A stretch of 64,000 bases of DNA from Anaeramoeba ignava BMAN (lineage: Eukaryota > Protista > Anaeramoebae): the NCBI GenBank assembly GCA_028826165.1, contig JAPDFW010000147.1:496001-560000 (forward strand), written 5' to 3'. Below are positions 1-11,621 of the stretch, piece after piece (position 1 is the stretch's first letter; each line of letters opens with the position of its first letter). The translations under genes and the position numbers were made by a program. Below the pieces are notes generated by a model. That model saw only the letters and a program-made list of their open reading frames with translations, had not been told where the DNA came from and did not search any database.

Positions 1-2265
1 ATGAAATAGAAACAAAACAAGAACAAGATGAAATAGAAACAAAACAAGAACAAGATGAATTAGAAACAAAACAAGAACAAGATGAATTAGAAACAAAACA
101 AGAACAAAATGAATTAGAAACAAAACAAGAACCTAATGAAATAGAAACAAAACAAGAACAAGATGAAATAGAAACAAAACAAGAACAAGATGAAATAGAA
201 ACAAAACAAGAACAAAATGAATTAGAAACAAAACAAGAACAAGATGAATTAGAAACAAAACAAGAACAAGACGAATTAGAAACAAAACAAGAACCTAATG
301 AATCAGAAACAAAACAAGAACAAGACGAATTAGAAACAAAACAAGAACAAAATGAATTAGAAACAAAACAAGAACCTAATGAAATAGAAACAAAACAAGA
401 ACAAGATGAATTAGAAAGAAAACGAAAAGAACAAGAAGAAAAAGAAAGAAAAAGAAAAGAACAAGAAGAATTAGAAAGAAAACAAAAAGAAAAAGAAGAA
501 AAAGAAAAAAAAAAAAGAAAAAGAAGAAAGAAAAAGAAAAAAAAAGAAAGAACAAGAAGAAATAGAAAGAAAAAAAAAAGAACAAGAAGAATTAGAAAGA
601 AAAAGAAAAGAACAAGAAGAAATAGAAAGAAAACAAAAAGAACAAGAAGAAATAGAAAGAAAACAAAAAGAACAAGAAGAAAAAGAAAGAAAAAGAAAAG
701 AACAAGAAGAAATAGAAAGAAAACGAAAAGAACAAGATGAAATAGAAAGAAAAAGAAAAGAACAAGAAGAAATAGAAAGAAAACGAAAAGAACAAGAAGA
801 AATAGAAAAAAAAAGAAAAAAAGAACAAGAAGAAATAGAAAGAAAACAAAAAGAACAAGAAGAAATAGAAAGAAAACAAAAGAACAAGATGAATAGAAAA
901 AAATCAAAAAGAACCAAGAAGAAAATAGAAAAAAAACAAAAAGAACAAGAAGAAAAAGAAAAGAAAAAGAAAAAGAACAAGAAGAAAAATAGAAAAGAAA
1001 ACGGAAAAAGAACAAGAAGAAATAGAAAGAAAACGAAAAGAACAAGAAGAAATAGAAAGAAAACAAAAAGAACAAGAAGAAATAGAAAGAAAAAGAAAAG
1101 AACAAGAAGAAATAGAAAGAAAACGAAAAGAACAAGAAGAAAAGAAAGAAAAAGAAAAGAACAAGAAGAAATAGAAAGAAAACAAAAAGAACAAGATGAA
1201 TTAGAAAGAAAAAGAAAAGAACAAGAAGAAATAGAAAGAAAACGAAAAGAACAAGATGAATTAGAAAGAAAACGAAAAGAACAAGAAGAAATAGAAAGAA
1301 AACAAAAAGAACAAGAAGAAATAGAAAGAAAAAGAAAAGAACAAGAAGAATTAGAAAGAAAACAAAAAGAACAAGAAGAAATAGAAAGAAAACAAAAAGA
1401 ACAAGAAGAAATAGAAAGAAAACAAAAAGAACAAGAAGAAATAGAAGCAGAATCAGAGGATGAAGATTTAGATGGATTTGAAAGTGGAGAAGAAGTTTTA
1501 AGTCGAGAAGAGGTTGAAGACGATTCAGGTGAAGAACAAGTTGTTTATGTTGATGAAGATGGAAATGAAATTGAAAATCCTGATGAAGATGATTCAGGTG
1601 AAGAACAAGTTGTTTATGTTGATGAAGATGGAAATGAAATTGATCCTAATGATATTGATGATTCAGGTGAAGAACAAGTTGTTTATGTTGATGAAGATGG
1701 AAATGAAATTGAAAATCCTGATGAAAATGAAAATGAAAATGAAAATGAAAATGAAGATGAAATTGAAAATGAAAATGAAAATGAAAATGAAAATGAAGAT
1801 GAAAATGAAGATGAAATTGAAGATGAAATTGAAAATGAAAATGAAGATGAAAATCAAAATGAAGATGAAAATGAAGATGAAAATGAAAATGAAGATGAAA
1901 ATGAAAATGAAAATGAAAATGAAAATGAAGATGAAAATGAAAATGAAAATCAAAATGAAAATGAAGATGAAAATGAAGATGAAAATCAAAATGAAGATGA
2001 AGATGAAAATGAAATTGAAAATGAAAATGAAGATCAAAATGAAGATGATTCAGGTGAAGAACAAGTTGTTTATGTTGATGAAGATGGAAATGAAATTGAA
2101 AATCCTGATGAAGACGATTCAGGTGAAGAGCAAGTTGTTTATGTTGATGAAGATGGAAATGAAATTGAAAATCCTGATGAAGATGATTCAGGTGAAGAAC
2201 AAGTTATTTATGTTGATGAAGATGGAAATGAAATTGATCCTGATGATATTGAAGACTCAGATTAA
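1..2265 (+). CDS. 3' part of a highly repetitive charged protein (EIETKQEQD repeats, EIERKQKEQE single-alpha-helix-like repeats, acidic DDSGEEQVVYVDEDGNEI repeats, EN tract); 5'-partial
   Basis: 27-bp repeat at about 1-405, 30-bp repeat at about 405-1445, six 69-bp units at 1519-2250, stop TAA at 2263-2265. Frame slips in A-runs at about 500-1140 are probably sequencing errors. Confidence 0.7.
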
Positions 2266-2269
2266 TTCC

Positions 2270-2680
2270 AAAATCAATTCAATTCAACTTTAATTTCAAA
2301 TTTAAATTCAATTCAATTCAATTCAATTTAAATTCAATTCAATTCAATTCAACTTAAATTTCAATTTCAATTTCAATTCAAATTCAATTCAATTCAATTC
2401 AATTCAATTCAATTCAACTTAAATTCAATTCAATTTAAATTCAATTTCAAATTCAATTCAAATTCAAATTCAATTCAATTTAACTTCAAATTTAACTTAA
2501 ATTTCAATTTGATTTCAAATTCAATTCAACTTTAATTTCAAATTTAAATTCAATTCAATTTTAATTCAATTCAATTTCAAATTCAATTTCAAATTCAATT
2601 CAATTTCAAATTCAATTTCAAATTCAATTCAATTTTTAATTCAAATTCATTTCAAATTCAATTTAACTTCAAATTTAACA
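2270..2680. repeat. Degenerate (AATTC)n microsatellite between convergent genes
   Basis: caattcaattcaattc arrays seen directly. Confidence 0.85.
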
Positions 2681-2921
2681 AATAATTCTTTTTTTTTTTT
2701 ATCATTTTTTTTTAAAAAATTTCATTTTTTTTTTTGGTTTGATTTTCAACCATTTTTGAGAAACTAAAAATTAAAAAAAAAAAGAGAATTGTTTTTAATT
2801 TGAAATTTTGGAACAATTCATATTTTCTTTTTGTTAAAATTATTTTTGCTTGATTTAAATCAATCATTTGAAAGTTCTATATTTTGAATTTTGAATTTTG
2901 AATTTTGAAAAATTATTTTCT

Positions 2922-5900
2922 TTATTTATCATCTTTATTATTATCTTCTTCTTTTAAATCTTTATCTTCTTTATCTTCTTCTTTTAAATCTTTTTTATCA
3001 TTTTCTTTTAAATCTTCTTTTAAATCTTTATTATCTTCTTCTTTATCTTCTTTTTTATCTTCTTTTTCATCTTCTTCTTTATCAGATTTTGTATCAGATT
3101 CACTATCAGATTCATTATCAGATTTTGTATCAGATTCTGTATCAGATTTTGTATCAGATTCATTATCAGATTCATTATCATCTTCTTTTAAATCTTTTTC
3201 TTTATCATCTTCTTTTAAATCTTTATTATCTTCTTTTAAGTCTTTATCTTCTTTTTTATCTTCTTTTTCATCTTCTTCTTTATCAGATTCATTATCAGAT
3301 TCATTATCATCTTCTTTTAAATCTTTTTCATTATCATCTTCTTTTAAATCTTTTTCTTTATCATTTTCTTTTAAATCTTTTTCTTTATCATTTTCTTTTT
3401 CATCTTCTTTTAAATCTTTTTTATCATCTTCTTTTAAATCTTTATTATCATCTTCTTTTAAATCTTCTTTTTCATCTTCTTTTAAATCTTTATTATCATT
3501 TTCTTTTAAATCTTTATCTTCTTTTTTATCTTCTTTTTCATCTTTTTCTTTATCAGATTCATTATCAGATTCTTTATCAGATTTTGTATCAGATTTTGTA
3601 TCAGATTTTGTATCAGATTTTGTATCAGATTCTGTATCAGATTTTGTATCAGATTTTGTATCAGATTCATTATCAGATTCATTATCATCTTCTTTTAAAT
3701 CTTTTTCTTTATCATCTTCTTTTAAATCTTTTTCTTTATCATCTTCTTTTAAATCATTTTCTTTATCATCTTCTTTTAAATCTTTTTCTTTATCATTTTC
3801 TTTTTCATCTTCTTTTAAATCTTTTTTATCAGGATTGGATTTATCCATGTTTTTTCTTAGTTTATCTCTAAGTGAAATAGCTTGTGCTTTTTCTCTTAAT
3901 TTATTAATAAGACTTTTCTTATCCATTGCTTCATTAATTTTCTCTGTATTTTCATTTTGAGAATTTTGAGTTTGATCTTTCTCTGTTTGTTGGCTATCAT
4001 CAATTTGTTTTGGAGGATCTTGTACTTTATCTTGAGTTTGAGACTTAGCAAATTTAGGTTTGTTTAAGATATATATTGGCTTTCTTTTTGGTTGGTTTTG
4101 ATTTTGATTTTGATTTTGATTTTGATTTTGGTTTTGGTTTTGGTTTTGATTAACTGTTTCCTTTTTATCTATTGCTTTCTTTGGGTTTGATTTTGTAAAA
4201 GGTTTAAGTTTTGAAGGTTTTTTTGGTGTTTCTGTTTGCTTTGTTGGTGAAACAGATTTCTTAATAAGAGGTTTAAATTTTGAAGGTTTTTTTGGTGTTT
4301 CTGTTTTTGTTGTTGGTGTTGTTGGTGTTGTTTGATTTTCTGTTTGGTTTGGTGTTTGATTTTTTGGTATAGCATTTTTCTTAATAAGAGGTTTAAATTT
4401 TGGTGGTGTTTTTGGTGTTTCTGTTTTTGTTGTTGGTGTTGTTGTTGTTTGTTTTTCTGTTTGTTTTGTTGGTGAAACAGATTTCTTAACAAAAGGTTTA
4501 AGTTTTGAAGGTTTTTTTGGTGTTTGATTTGGTGTTTGATTTGGTGTTGTTTGATTTTCTGTTTGGTTTGGTGTTTGATTTTTTGGTATAGCATTTTTCT
4601 TAACAAAAGGTTTAAATTTTGAAGGTGTTTTTGGTGTTTCTGTTTTTGTTGTTGTTTGTGCTTGTGTTTGTAGTGGACTTGATTTCTTAATAAGGGGTTT
4701 AAATTTCTTAGCTTTATCTGATTTAGGTGGTTGTAATTTTTGAATAGGAATAACTTTTTTTTGTATATCTTTGTTTTCTGGTGATTTTTTTGGAGAAACA
4801 GTTTTTGGAGCAACTGGCTTTATAGTTTTGGGTTTAACTTGATTTGTATCTTCTTTAATATCTTCTTTGATTTCTTCTTTAATATCTTCTTTAATATCTT
4901 CTTTAATTTCTTCTTTAATATCTTCTTTAGTTTCTTCTTTTGTTGACTCGTTTAATTGATTTGTAATTCCTAAAATTTCATTCATTTCATTTTCTGATTG
5001 TTTTATTGAATCAGATTGGTTTTCTTTTAAATCTTCAATCTCAAAACGTAATTCATCTTTTTCAAATTTTAATGTTTCAATTGCTCTTTCCAAATTTTGA
5101 ATTTTATCTTGATATTCTTTGAGTTGAGGATTTTGATCTGATTTTAAAGATTCATTTAAACGCATGATTATATCTTCCTTTTCGCGAATTTCATTGCGTG
5201 CTTCCATAAGTTGTTGTATAACTCCATCCTTTTCTTCGATAATTTTATCCAATTGGTTTTTTGTTTCACTGACTAACTCGAAACTGTTTCTTAATTGTTG
5301 TTCCCATTCATTTTGTTCTGTTGGAAGTTGTTTTAACGCTTTAAGTTGTGAGTTGATATTATTGATTTTGTTTTGCTTGGATCGAATAGTCTTTTCATAT
5401 TCTTGGATTTTTTTCTTTAATCCCAATATATCTTGGTCTTTTTCTTGCTTTTCTTTTTCAATTTGGCGGAGTTTTTTCTCGTTTTCTTGGGCTTTAGTCT
5501 CGAAGTTAAGTTTCTCTTTTTTCACATTTTCTAGACTTTGCTTTAACTTTTCTACTTCTGTGTTTTTCTTCTGGAATTTTTCATTTAATTTTTTGTATTC
5601 TTCAGTTTTCTCTTTTAATTGATTGTTTGCAGTTTCGAATTGCTCAGATTTTTTATTAATTTGTTTATTGATATTTTGAATCTCTTGATTTTTGGTGTTA
5701 ATTTCGGTTTTGATTTTCTTGATTTCCTTTTTTTTTTCTTCAACATCAATTGTTAATTCCTGGGTTTTTTGTTTGGATTCAGAAACCTCTTGTTTCAAAT
5801 TGTGATTTTTTTGTTTTTTCTTTTGGAGCTTTTCCTCCAATGTTTTTGCATTGTCTGAATTATTTTTCAGTTGAGTATCCAATTTTTGGTTTTCCTGTTT

Positions 5901-6893
5901 CAGTTTTGCATTTTCTGAAGATAAATCCTCAACTTTTGTTTCAGATTCTGTGTCTTTCTGGGTTTGTTTATTAATTTGCTTATTAACATTTTGGATCTCT
6001 TGGTCTTTTGCCTGAATTTGGGATTTGAGCTGTTTGATTTTCTGTTTTTTTTCTGCGACTTTTGTTGTTAATTCTTGAGCATTTTTTTTAGATTCAGAAA
6101 CTTCTTGTTTTAAATTGTGATTTTTTTCTCGTTTCTTTTGGAGTTTCTGTTCAATTTCAGTATTTTTGGATTCTTGAGGAGACTCTTTGTCATTATCCTG
6201 GTCTTTACTTTTGTCTTGCAACTTTTTGATCAAATCATCCTTAAACTCAATCTCTTGACGAAGATTCTCATTGGCTTCCATAAACTTTGAGAGAGTATCT
6301 GGATCTATTTTGGATTCCTCATGAGATTTCTCAAGATCTTTATCTTGGATTTTCTTAAGAGCTTCCTGAAGTTGGTGTTCAAGATTGACAATTTTTTGCT
6401 TATCGTTTTTGATTTGGTTGTCGAAAGTCTCGAAAGTTTTTGCGTAATTGGTAAGACTATTTTTGAACTCCAAAATAAGACCTTCCTTTTCTTGACTGAT
6501 TTGGATTAGTCTTTGTTCAACGCCAGTCAACGTATTTGACATGTCAGTTAGTTTCTGTTGCTTTTGTTTCCGTTGTAATGCAAGTTTTTTAATTTGTGAT
6601 TCAGCATCAATTAGTTTTTTCTTTATGTTGATGACATCGTTTTCATAAAAAACAAGAACAGACTCTTTAAGATCATGAATTGTTTTTGCAATCTCGCTTT
6701 TGTGCGCTTGTTTTGGAATGTTTTGCATGTGATTTCTTACTGTTGTTTTTAATTGCTGCCATTTTTCTAATTCAATTTTTTTAAGTGCTTCGATTTGCCT
6801 TCTATTCATTTCTTTTGCTCCTTTTTGTGGTTTTGCTAAAAGATCTTTGTATTTTTTCATAAATGCTGGCTTTTTATGTTGGCTTTTTGACAT
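2922..6893 (-). CDS. 1323-aa coiled-coil protein with Pro/Thr/Lys-rich repeats and an acidic KDLKEDD/SDTK repeat tail
   Basis: Uninterrupted ORF from ATG. Heptad-rich N-terminal half with an internal duplication (LQKK.KNHNLKQEVSESK twice); repeated K.KP(F/L)(I/V)KK motifs. Confidence 0.85.
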   Translation of the reverse strand: MSKSQHKKPAFMKKYKDLLAKPQKGAKEMNRRQIEALKKIELEKWQQLKTTVRNHMQNIPKQAHKSEIAKTIHDLKESVLVFYENDVINIKKKLIDAESQIKKLALQRKQKQQKLTDMSNTLTGVEQRLIQISQEKEGLILEFKNSLTNYAKTFETFDNQIKNDKQKIVNLEHQLQEALKKIQDKDLEKSHEESKIDPDTLSKFMEANENLRQEIEFKDDLIKKLQDKSKDQDNDKESPQESKNTEIEQKLQKKREKNHNLKQEVSESKKNAQELTTKVAEKKQKIKQLKSQIQAKDQEIQNVNKQINKQTQKDTESETKVEDLSSENAKLKQENQKLDTQLKNNSDNAKTLEEKLQKKKQKNHNLKQEVSESKQKTQELTIDVEEKKKEIKKIKTEINTKNQEIQNINKQINKKSEQFETANNQLKEKTEEYKKLNEKFQKKNTEVEKLKQSLENVKKEKLNFETKAQENEKKLRQIEKEKQEKDQDILGLKKKIQEYEKTIRSKQNKINNINSQLKALKQLPTEQNEWEQQLRNSFELVSETKNQLDKIIEEKDGVIQQLMEARNEIREKEDIIMRLNESLKSDQNPQLKEYQDKIQNLERAIETLKFEKDELRFEIEDLKENQSDSIKQSENEMNEILGITNQLNESTKEETKEDIKEEIKEDIKEDIKEEIKEDIKEDTNQVKPKTIKPVAPKTVSPKKSPENKDIQKKVIPIQKLQPPKSDKAKKFKPLIKKSSPLQTQAQTTTKTETPKTPSKFKPFVKKNAIPKNQTPNQTENQTTPNQTPNQTPKKPSKLKPFVKKSVSPTKQTEKQTTTTPTTKTETPKTPPKFKPLIKKNAIPKNQTPNQTENQTTPTTPTTKTETPKKPSKFKPLIKKSVSPTKQTETPKKPSKLKPFTKSNPKKAIDKKETVNQNQNQNQNQNQNQNQNQNQPKRKPIYILNKPKFAKSQTQDKVQDPPKQIDDSQQTEKDQTQNSQNENTEKINEAMDKKSLINKLREKAQAISLRDKLRKNMDKSNPDKKDLKEDEKENDKEKDLKEDDKENDLKEDDKEKDLKEDDKEKDLKEDDNESDNESDTKSDTKSDTESDTKSDTKSDTKSDTKSDKESDNESDKEKDEKEDKKEDKDLKENDNKDLKEDEKEDLKEDDNKDLKEDDKKDLKEDEKENDKEKDLKENDKEKDLKEDDNEKDLKEDDNESDNESDKEEDEKEDKKEDKDLKEDNKDLKEDDKEKDLKEDDNESDNESDTKSDTESDTKSDNESDSESDTKSDKEEDEKEDKKEDKEEDNKDLKEDLKENDKKDLKEEDKEDKDLKEEDNNKDDK

Positions 6894-7220
6894 TCTACTG
6901 TAAGGTTTAATTAAGGAATTCGAACTTAATTTTGTTTTTGATGTTTTTGGAATTTGAAAAATGAAAAAAAAATTTTTTTTGTTTTTAAATATGAAGTGTA
7001 AAAGTCATTTGTTATATCAATTTTAATTAAATTGAATTTACCTGAAAAAGGAAAGAGAAAAAAAAAAGGAAAAGAAAGTAAGAAAAAATGAAAAAAAAAA
7101 TGAAAAAAAAAAAAGCAAAAAAAAAATATTAAAAAGGAGAATTTCTTCTTTTATTTCTTCTTTTATTTTAATTTTTATTTTTTAATCATAAAATATAAAA
7201 ATAATAAAAATAAAAATTAT

Positions 7221-7487
7221 CTAATTAATTTTTTTATCTTGTCCTATAATAAGATTATAAATATTTTCTGGTATTAATTCTTTTAATCTTGAAGTTTCTT
7301 GATTTTTAAGTTGCTTCGTTAAAATTTCTTTATTTTTTTTTTGAATTTCTCTTAAAGTTTTTAAAATATCTTCTTTTGTTGATTGAATTAATTTATTTTC
7401 ATTAATTGGTTTTTGAAATGGTTTTTTTGTAATTGAAGGTGTGAGATTTTCTTTTTTTCTTTTTTTTGATTGAATTAAATCTGACAT
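7221..7487 (-). CDS. Small hypothetical protein (88 aa)
   Basis: Non-repetitive ORF with ATG and an upstream TCA(T)n motif on the same strand; divergent from TMEM181. Confidence 0.55.
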   Translation of the reverse strand: MSDLIQSKKRKKENLTPSITKKPFQKPINENKLIQSTKEDILKTLREIQKKNKEILTKQLKNQETSRLKELIPENIYNLIIGQDKKIN

Positions 7488-7610
7488 TTTTAAATTAAAA
7501 AAAAAATGAAAAATGAAAATGAAAAAAAATTAAAAAAATTAAAAAAAGTTTTTTGAATTTTTTTTTTCATTTTTTTTCTTTTTCAAATTTAAATTTAATT
7601 TCAAATTGAA

Positions 7611-10357
7611 ATGAAACTTGCTCATAAACCAAAATTGGATTTTTTTTCAACAAAAAAGAAAGTTGTTGTTATTATTGCTTTTGTTATTTTTCTTTTTTTT
7701 GCAGTTGGAATTGGAGCATTGGGACCACAAGTTATGGAAACAAAAACACTTATTTATGAAAATCTTCCTTCAAATGTAATATATAAAACAAATATAAAAA
7801 CAATATAATTCAAATATAAAATATAAAAACAAATATAAAACAAAATACAAATATAATTATAATTGCAAAAATTATAATTAAACAATTACAATTATAATTA
7901 TAATATAATTACAAATATATAAAAACAATATATAAAATAATTTCAAACAATCCAATTACAATTATAATTACAATTACAATTACAATTCCCTAATTACAAT
8001 TATAATTACAATTACAATTACAATTACAATTACAATTACAATTATAATTACAATTACAATTATAATTACAATTACAATTACAATTATAATTACAATTACA
8101 ATTACAATTACAATTACAATTACAATTATAATTACAATTACAATTACAATTACAATTACAATTATAATTACAATTACAATTACAATTACAATTACAATTA
8201 CAATTATAATTACAATTACAATTACAATTACAATTACAATTACAATTACAATTACAATTACAATTACAATTACAATTACAATTATAATTACAATTACAAT
8301 TACAATTATAATTAAAATACCTTTTTAATTTTAATTTGTTTTTTTTTTAGCAAAATCTTCAAATTCCTGGAGAAATTATTGATATGTCTCGACTTCATCA
8401 TTCTTTGTTTATTTATATTGAATTTTTTAACTCAAATGATTATAAGTTTGATGTTGAAGGAATTTTTGATTTAACTTTAAGTGTTCGTTCCGGTAATGAT
8501 CCTTGGAAAACAATTACAAAGGTTGATGAACATAAAAGGATGGTTTCTTGTTCTGTAAAATAAATAATAATTAATATTAAAATTAAAATAAATAATAATT
8601 AATATTAAAATTAAAATTAAAATTAAAATTAAAATTAAAATTAAAATTAAAATTAAAATTAAAATTAAAATTAAAATTAAAATTAAAATTATAATTAAAA
8701 TTAAAATTAAAATTAAAATCAAAATTAATAATTTGATTTTAGCCTAATTCCTTTTGTAATAAGATTTATTTCATTCATGAAACTTGTGTTGAATATGATC
8801 AATATCAATTTGTTCTAAATGTTGATATCTCAAATACTGAACAATTATTTTCTCGAGCTGATGTTTCTGTATTTTGTTTTATTTTTTCTTAAATTTCTTC
8901 AAAAAAAAAACTTATTTTTTATTATATTTGATTTATAAATTATAGTTTGAATTTTATAAAAAATCTTTCATTTTATTTAGAATGGTTTTTGGATTTATTT
9001 TCTTAATTTTTTCTATTGGTTCTTTGTGTTTATGGGCTTATAATACTTTTGAAATATCCTGGAGAAAACTTAGACATGAACAAAAATGGATTACAGTTTT
9101 ATCATTTGCTTTAATTTTTTTTAATAGTTTGTTATCGATTTCAATTCAAAATGAAATTCAAATTAAAATTCAAAATGAAATTCAAATTAAAATTCAAAAT
9201 TAAATTCAAATACAAATTAAAATTTAAATTCAAATTAAAATTTTAATAAAATAGATCCATTTTATCCAACTATTGTTCTAGTTAAAGGTTGGTTTCCAGA
9301 TTTTCTTGAATCATTGTTTAGAGCAGTTTTTCTTGTTTTTTTATTGAGTTTCTGGCTTGTTGCTTTTGATTCATTTAGATTTGTAAAAATAAAATTAAAT
9401 TAAAATTAAAATTAAATTCAAATTCAAAATTAAATTCAAAATTAAATTCAAAATTAAATTCAAAATTAAATTTAAAATTATAATTAAATTCAAAATTAAA
9501 TTCAAAATTAAATTCAAAATTAAATTCAAAATTAAATTCAAAATTAAATTCAAAATTAAAATTAAAATTTAAATTAAAATTAAATTCAAAATTAAATTCA
9601 AAATTAAAATTAAGATTCAAATTAAAATTAAATTTATAATTAAATTCAAAATTAAAATAAAAATTAAATAAAAATTTAAAATTAAAATTAAATTTAAATT
9701 CAAAATTAAATTCAAAATTAGAAAAAAGAACACCGTTCATTCTTAAAATTAATTTTACCCAAATTAATTCTATTTGGAGCAATATTAATTCTATTTTGTG
9801 TAACATATCTATGGGAACAATTACACTTAAGAACTGATCCACAATACCAAGAAGCAGAAGATATGCCAGGATTTTATGCTTTAAGAATTATAATATTCAT
9901 TCTTTTAGGAATTTACTTACTTTGGTTAATTTACACAACTTATAGAGCATTTAGAGAAGTGAAAGATTTTCCAGAAAATAAATCATCTTTTTATTTCATG
10001 TTTGCATTCAGTTTTATTACTTTTATTTTCACAGCGATTTTTCTATCTGCTGGATATATTCATCAAACAGAAAATACTTCAATTGTTTTTCTTTCTACTT
10101 TTGGTATTTTTAACTTATATATTTGGTTCATGGTTGTTGTTTTTTCTCCAACTCGTGTTGAAGGTCTTCAAAAATTGGATGAAGAAGATGATATTCAAGA
10201 TATTGCAAAATCTAATGATGATTTATCTCCAAAAATTTCTGGTGATGATTTAGTTGATAATTCTATTGTTAAAAGTTCAGATGAAAATAAAAATGAAGTT
10301 GAGTTAGAAAATGTCACTTTAAATCAAAATTCTGATAGTGATGAAAAATTAAATTAA
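7611..10357 (+). CDS. TMEM181: TMEM181 / Wntless-like multi-pass membrane protein, multi-exon
   Basis: Spliced translation gives GIGALGPQV, HEQKWITVL...FFN-DPFYP, FWLVAFDSFR, LILPKLILFG...WEQLHLRTDPQYQ and FGIFNLYIW, matching TMEM181 family motifs. GT-AG introns, e.g. 7776-8350. Confidence 0.85.
7955..8315 (+). repeat. (AATTAC)n microsatellite filling TMEM181 intron 1
   Basis: Direct observation. Confidence 0.9.
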
Positions 10358-10797
10358 AAACTAAATCAAAAACTAAATCAAAAATCATTTTAATTTAATT
10401 CAAATTCAAATTCAATTCAAATTCAAATTCAAATTAATTAAAAAACTATCAAAAAAAAAACTTTTATTTGATCTTATTTTTATTTATATTTTAATCCCTC
10501 TTTATCTTTTTATTTATCTTTTTTTATTTTAATTTCTACGTGTAAATTAAAAATAAAATTTTTTTTTGGGGGTTTATTTTGTAAATATAAAAAAAAAGTT
10601 TTCTTAATTTTTTTATTTCATTTTTTTTCTTTTCTTGTTTTATCTTTATTCTCAATTTTACAGTTTTTTTTTTCCTTTTTTTAAACAAGACAAAGACACA
10701 AAACTTTATTCTATTTTTTTTATTATTTTTTTTATATAAAAAAAAAACCAAAAACAAAAAACAATTCTTTTTTTTTTTTAAATAAAATAGCTACATA

Positions 10798-11504
10798 ATG
10801 CAAGTCTCAATCACATTTTGTGGTGGTAAATAAATAAAATTAAAATTAAAATTAAAATTAAAATTAAAATTAAAATAAAAATTAATATTAAAATTAAAAT
10901 TAAAATTAAAATTAAAAATTAAAATTAAAATTAAAATTAAAAAATTAAAATTTAAAATTAAAATTGAAATTAAAATTAAAATTAAAATTAAAATTAAAAT
11001 CAATATAAAAATTAAAATTAAAATTAAAATTATAATTAAAATTAAAATTAAAATTAATATAAAAATTGAAATTAAAATCAAAATTAAAATTAAAATTCTT
11101 TTAAAAATTAAAATCAAAATTTAAAATTAAAATCAAAATTAAAATTAAAATTAAAATTAAAATTAAAATTTAAATTAAAATTAAAATTAAAATTAAAATT
11201 AAAATTAAAATTAAAATTTAAAATTAAAATTAAAATTCTTTTATAAATTAAATTTAAAATTAAAATAGGATGAGGAATCTACGGTGAATTCCTCTATGTA
11301 GCTAATGCATTAAAAGAATACGGATATAAAGTTATCCCAAAACATGGTCATGGTGGATATCTTTTCGAAGTTCAAGCTGAAGATGGAACTTTAATTTACT
11401 CAAGAAAAAAAACAGGAAGATTCCCAGAACCAGATGACTTAATTGAATTATTACAAGCACACCAAGCAAAATTAGATAAAAAAAAAGAGGAAAAGAAGAA
11501 ATAA
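10798..11504 (+). CDS. SELENOW: Selenoprotein W / Rdx-family selenoprotein (87 aa, CGGU motif); exons 10798-10825 and 11269-11504; Sec TGA at 11271-11273
   Basis: Splicing GT(10826) to AG(11268) gives MQVSITFCGG-U-GIYGEFLYVANALKEYGYKVIPKHGHGGYLFEVQAEDGTLIYSRKKTGRFPEPDDLIELL..., which has the Rdx CxxU motif plus the FEV...LIYS.K..GRFP signature. SECIS lies downstream. Confidence 0.92.
10830..11265 (+). repeat. (AAAATT)n microsatellite filling the SelW intron
   Basis: Direct observation. Confidence 0.9.
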
Positions 11505-11621
11505 ATCAAATCCACTTTTTTTTTAATTCAAAAAAATCAATCAAAAAAAATGCATTAGCTTTCATTTTAAATCATTTTATTTCGGTTTAAATCAAAAATG
11601 TTTTTTTCTTTTTCTTTTTTA

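Noticed and set aside
376-2293. Phe/Ile-rich and MK/IK-repeat ORFs in the ORF track (also at 8477, 9375, 10791, 29723, 32895, 35468-36378, 42752-44133, 56874, 57556)
   Set aside because: They are antisense or off-frame readings of microsatellites and of real coding repeats, with no independent coding signal.
2270-2680. Telomeric repeat or mobile-element termini in the (AATTC)n arrays
   Set aside because: The arrays are degenerate, internal and present in both orientations, with no terminal inverted repeats, target-site duplications or transposase nearby.
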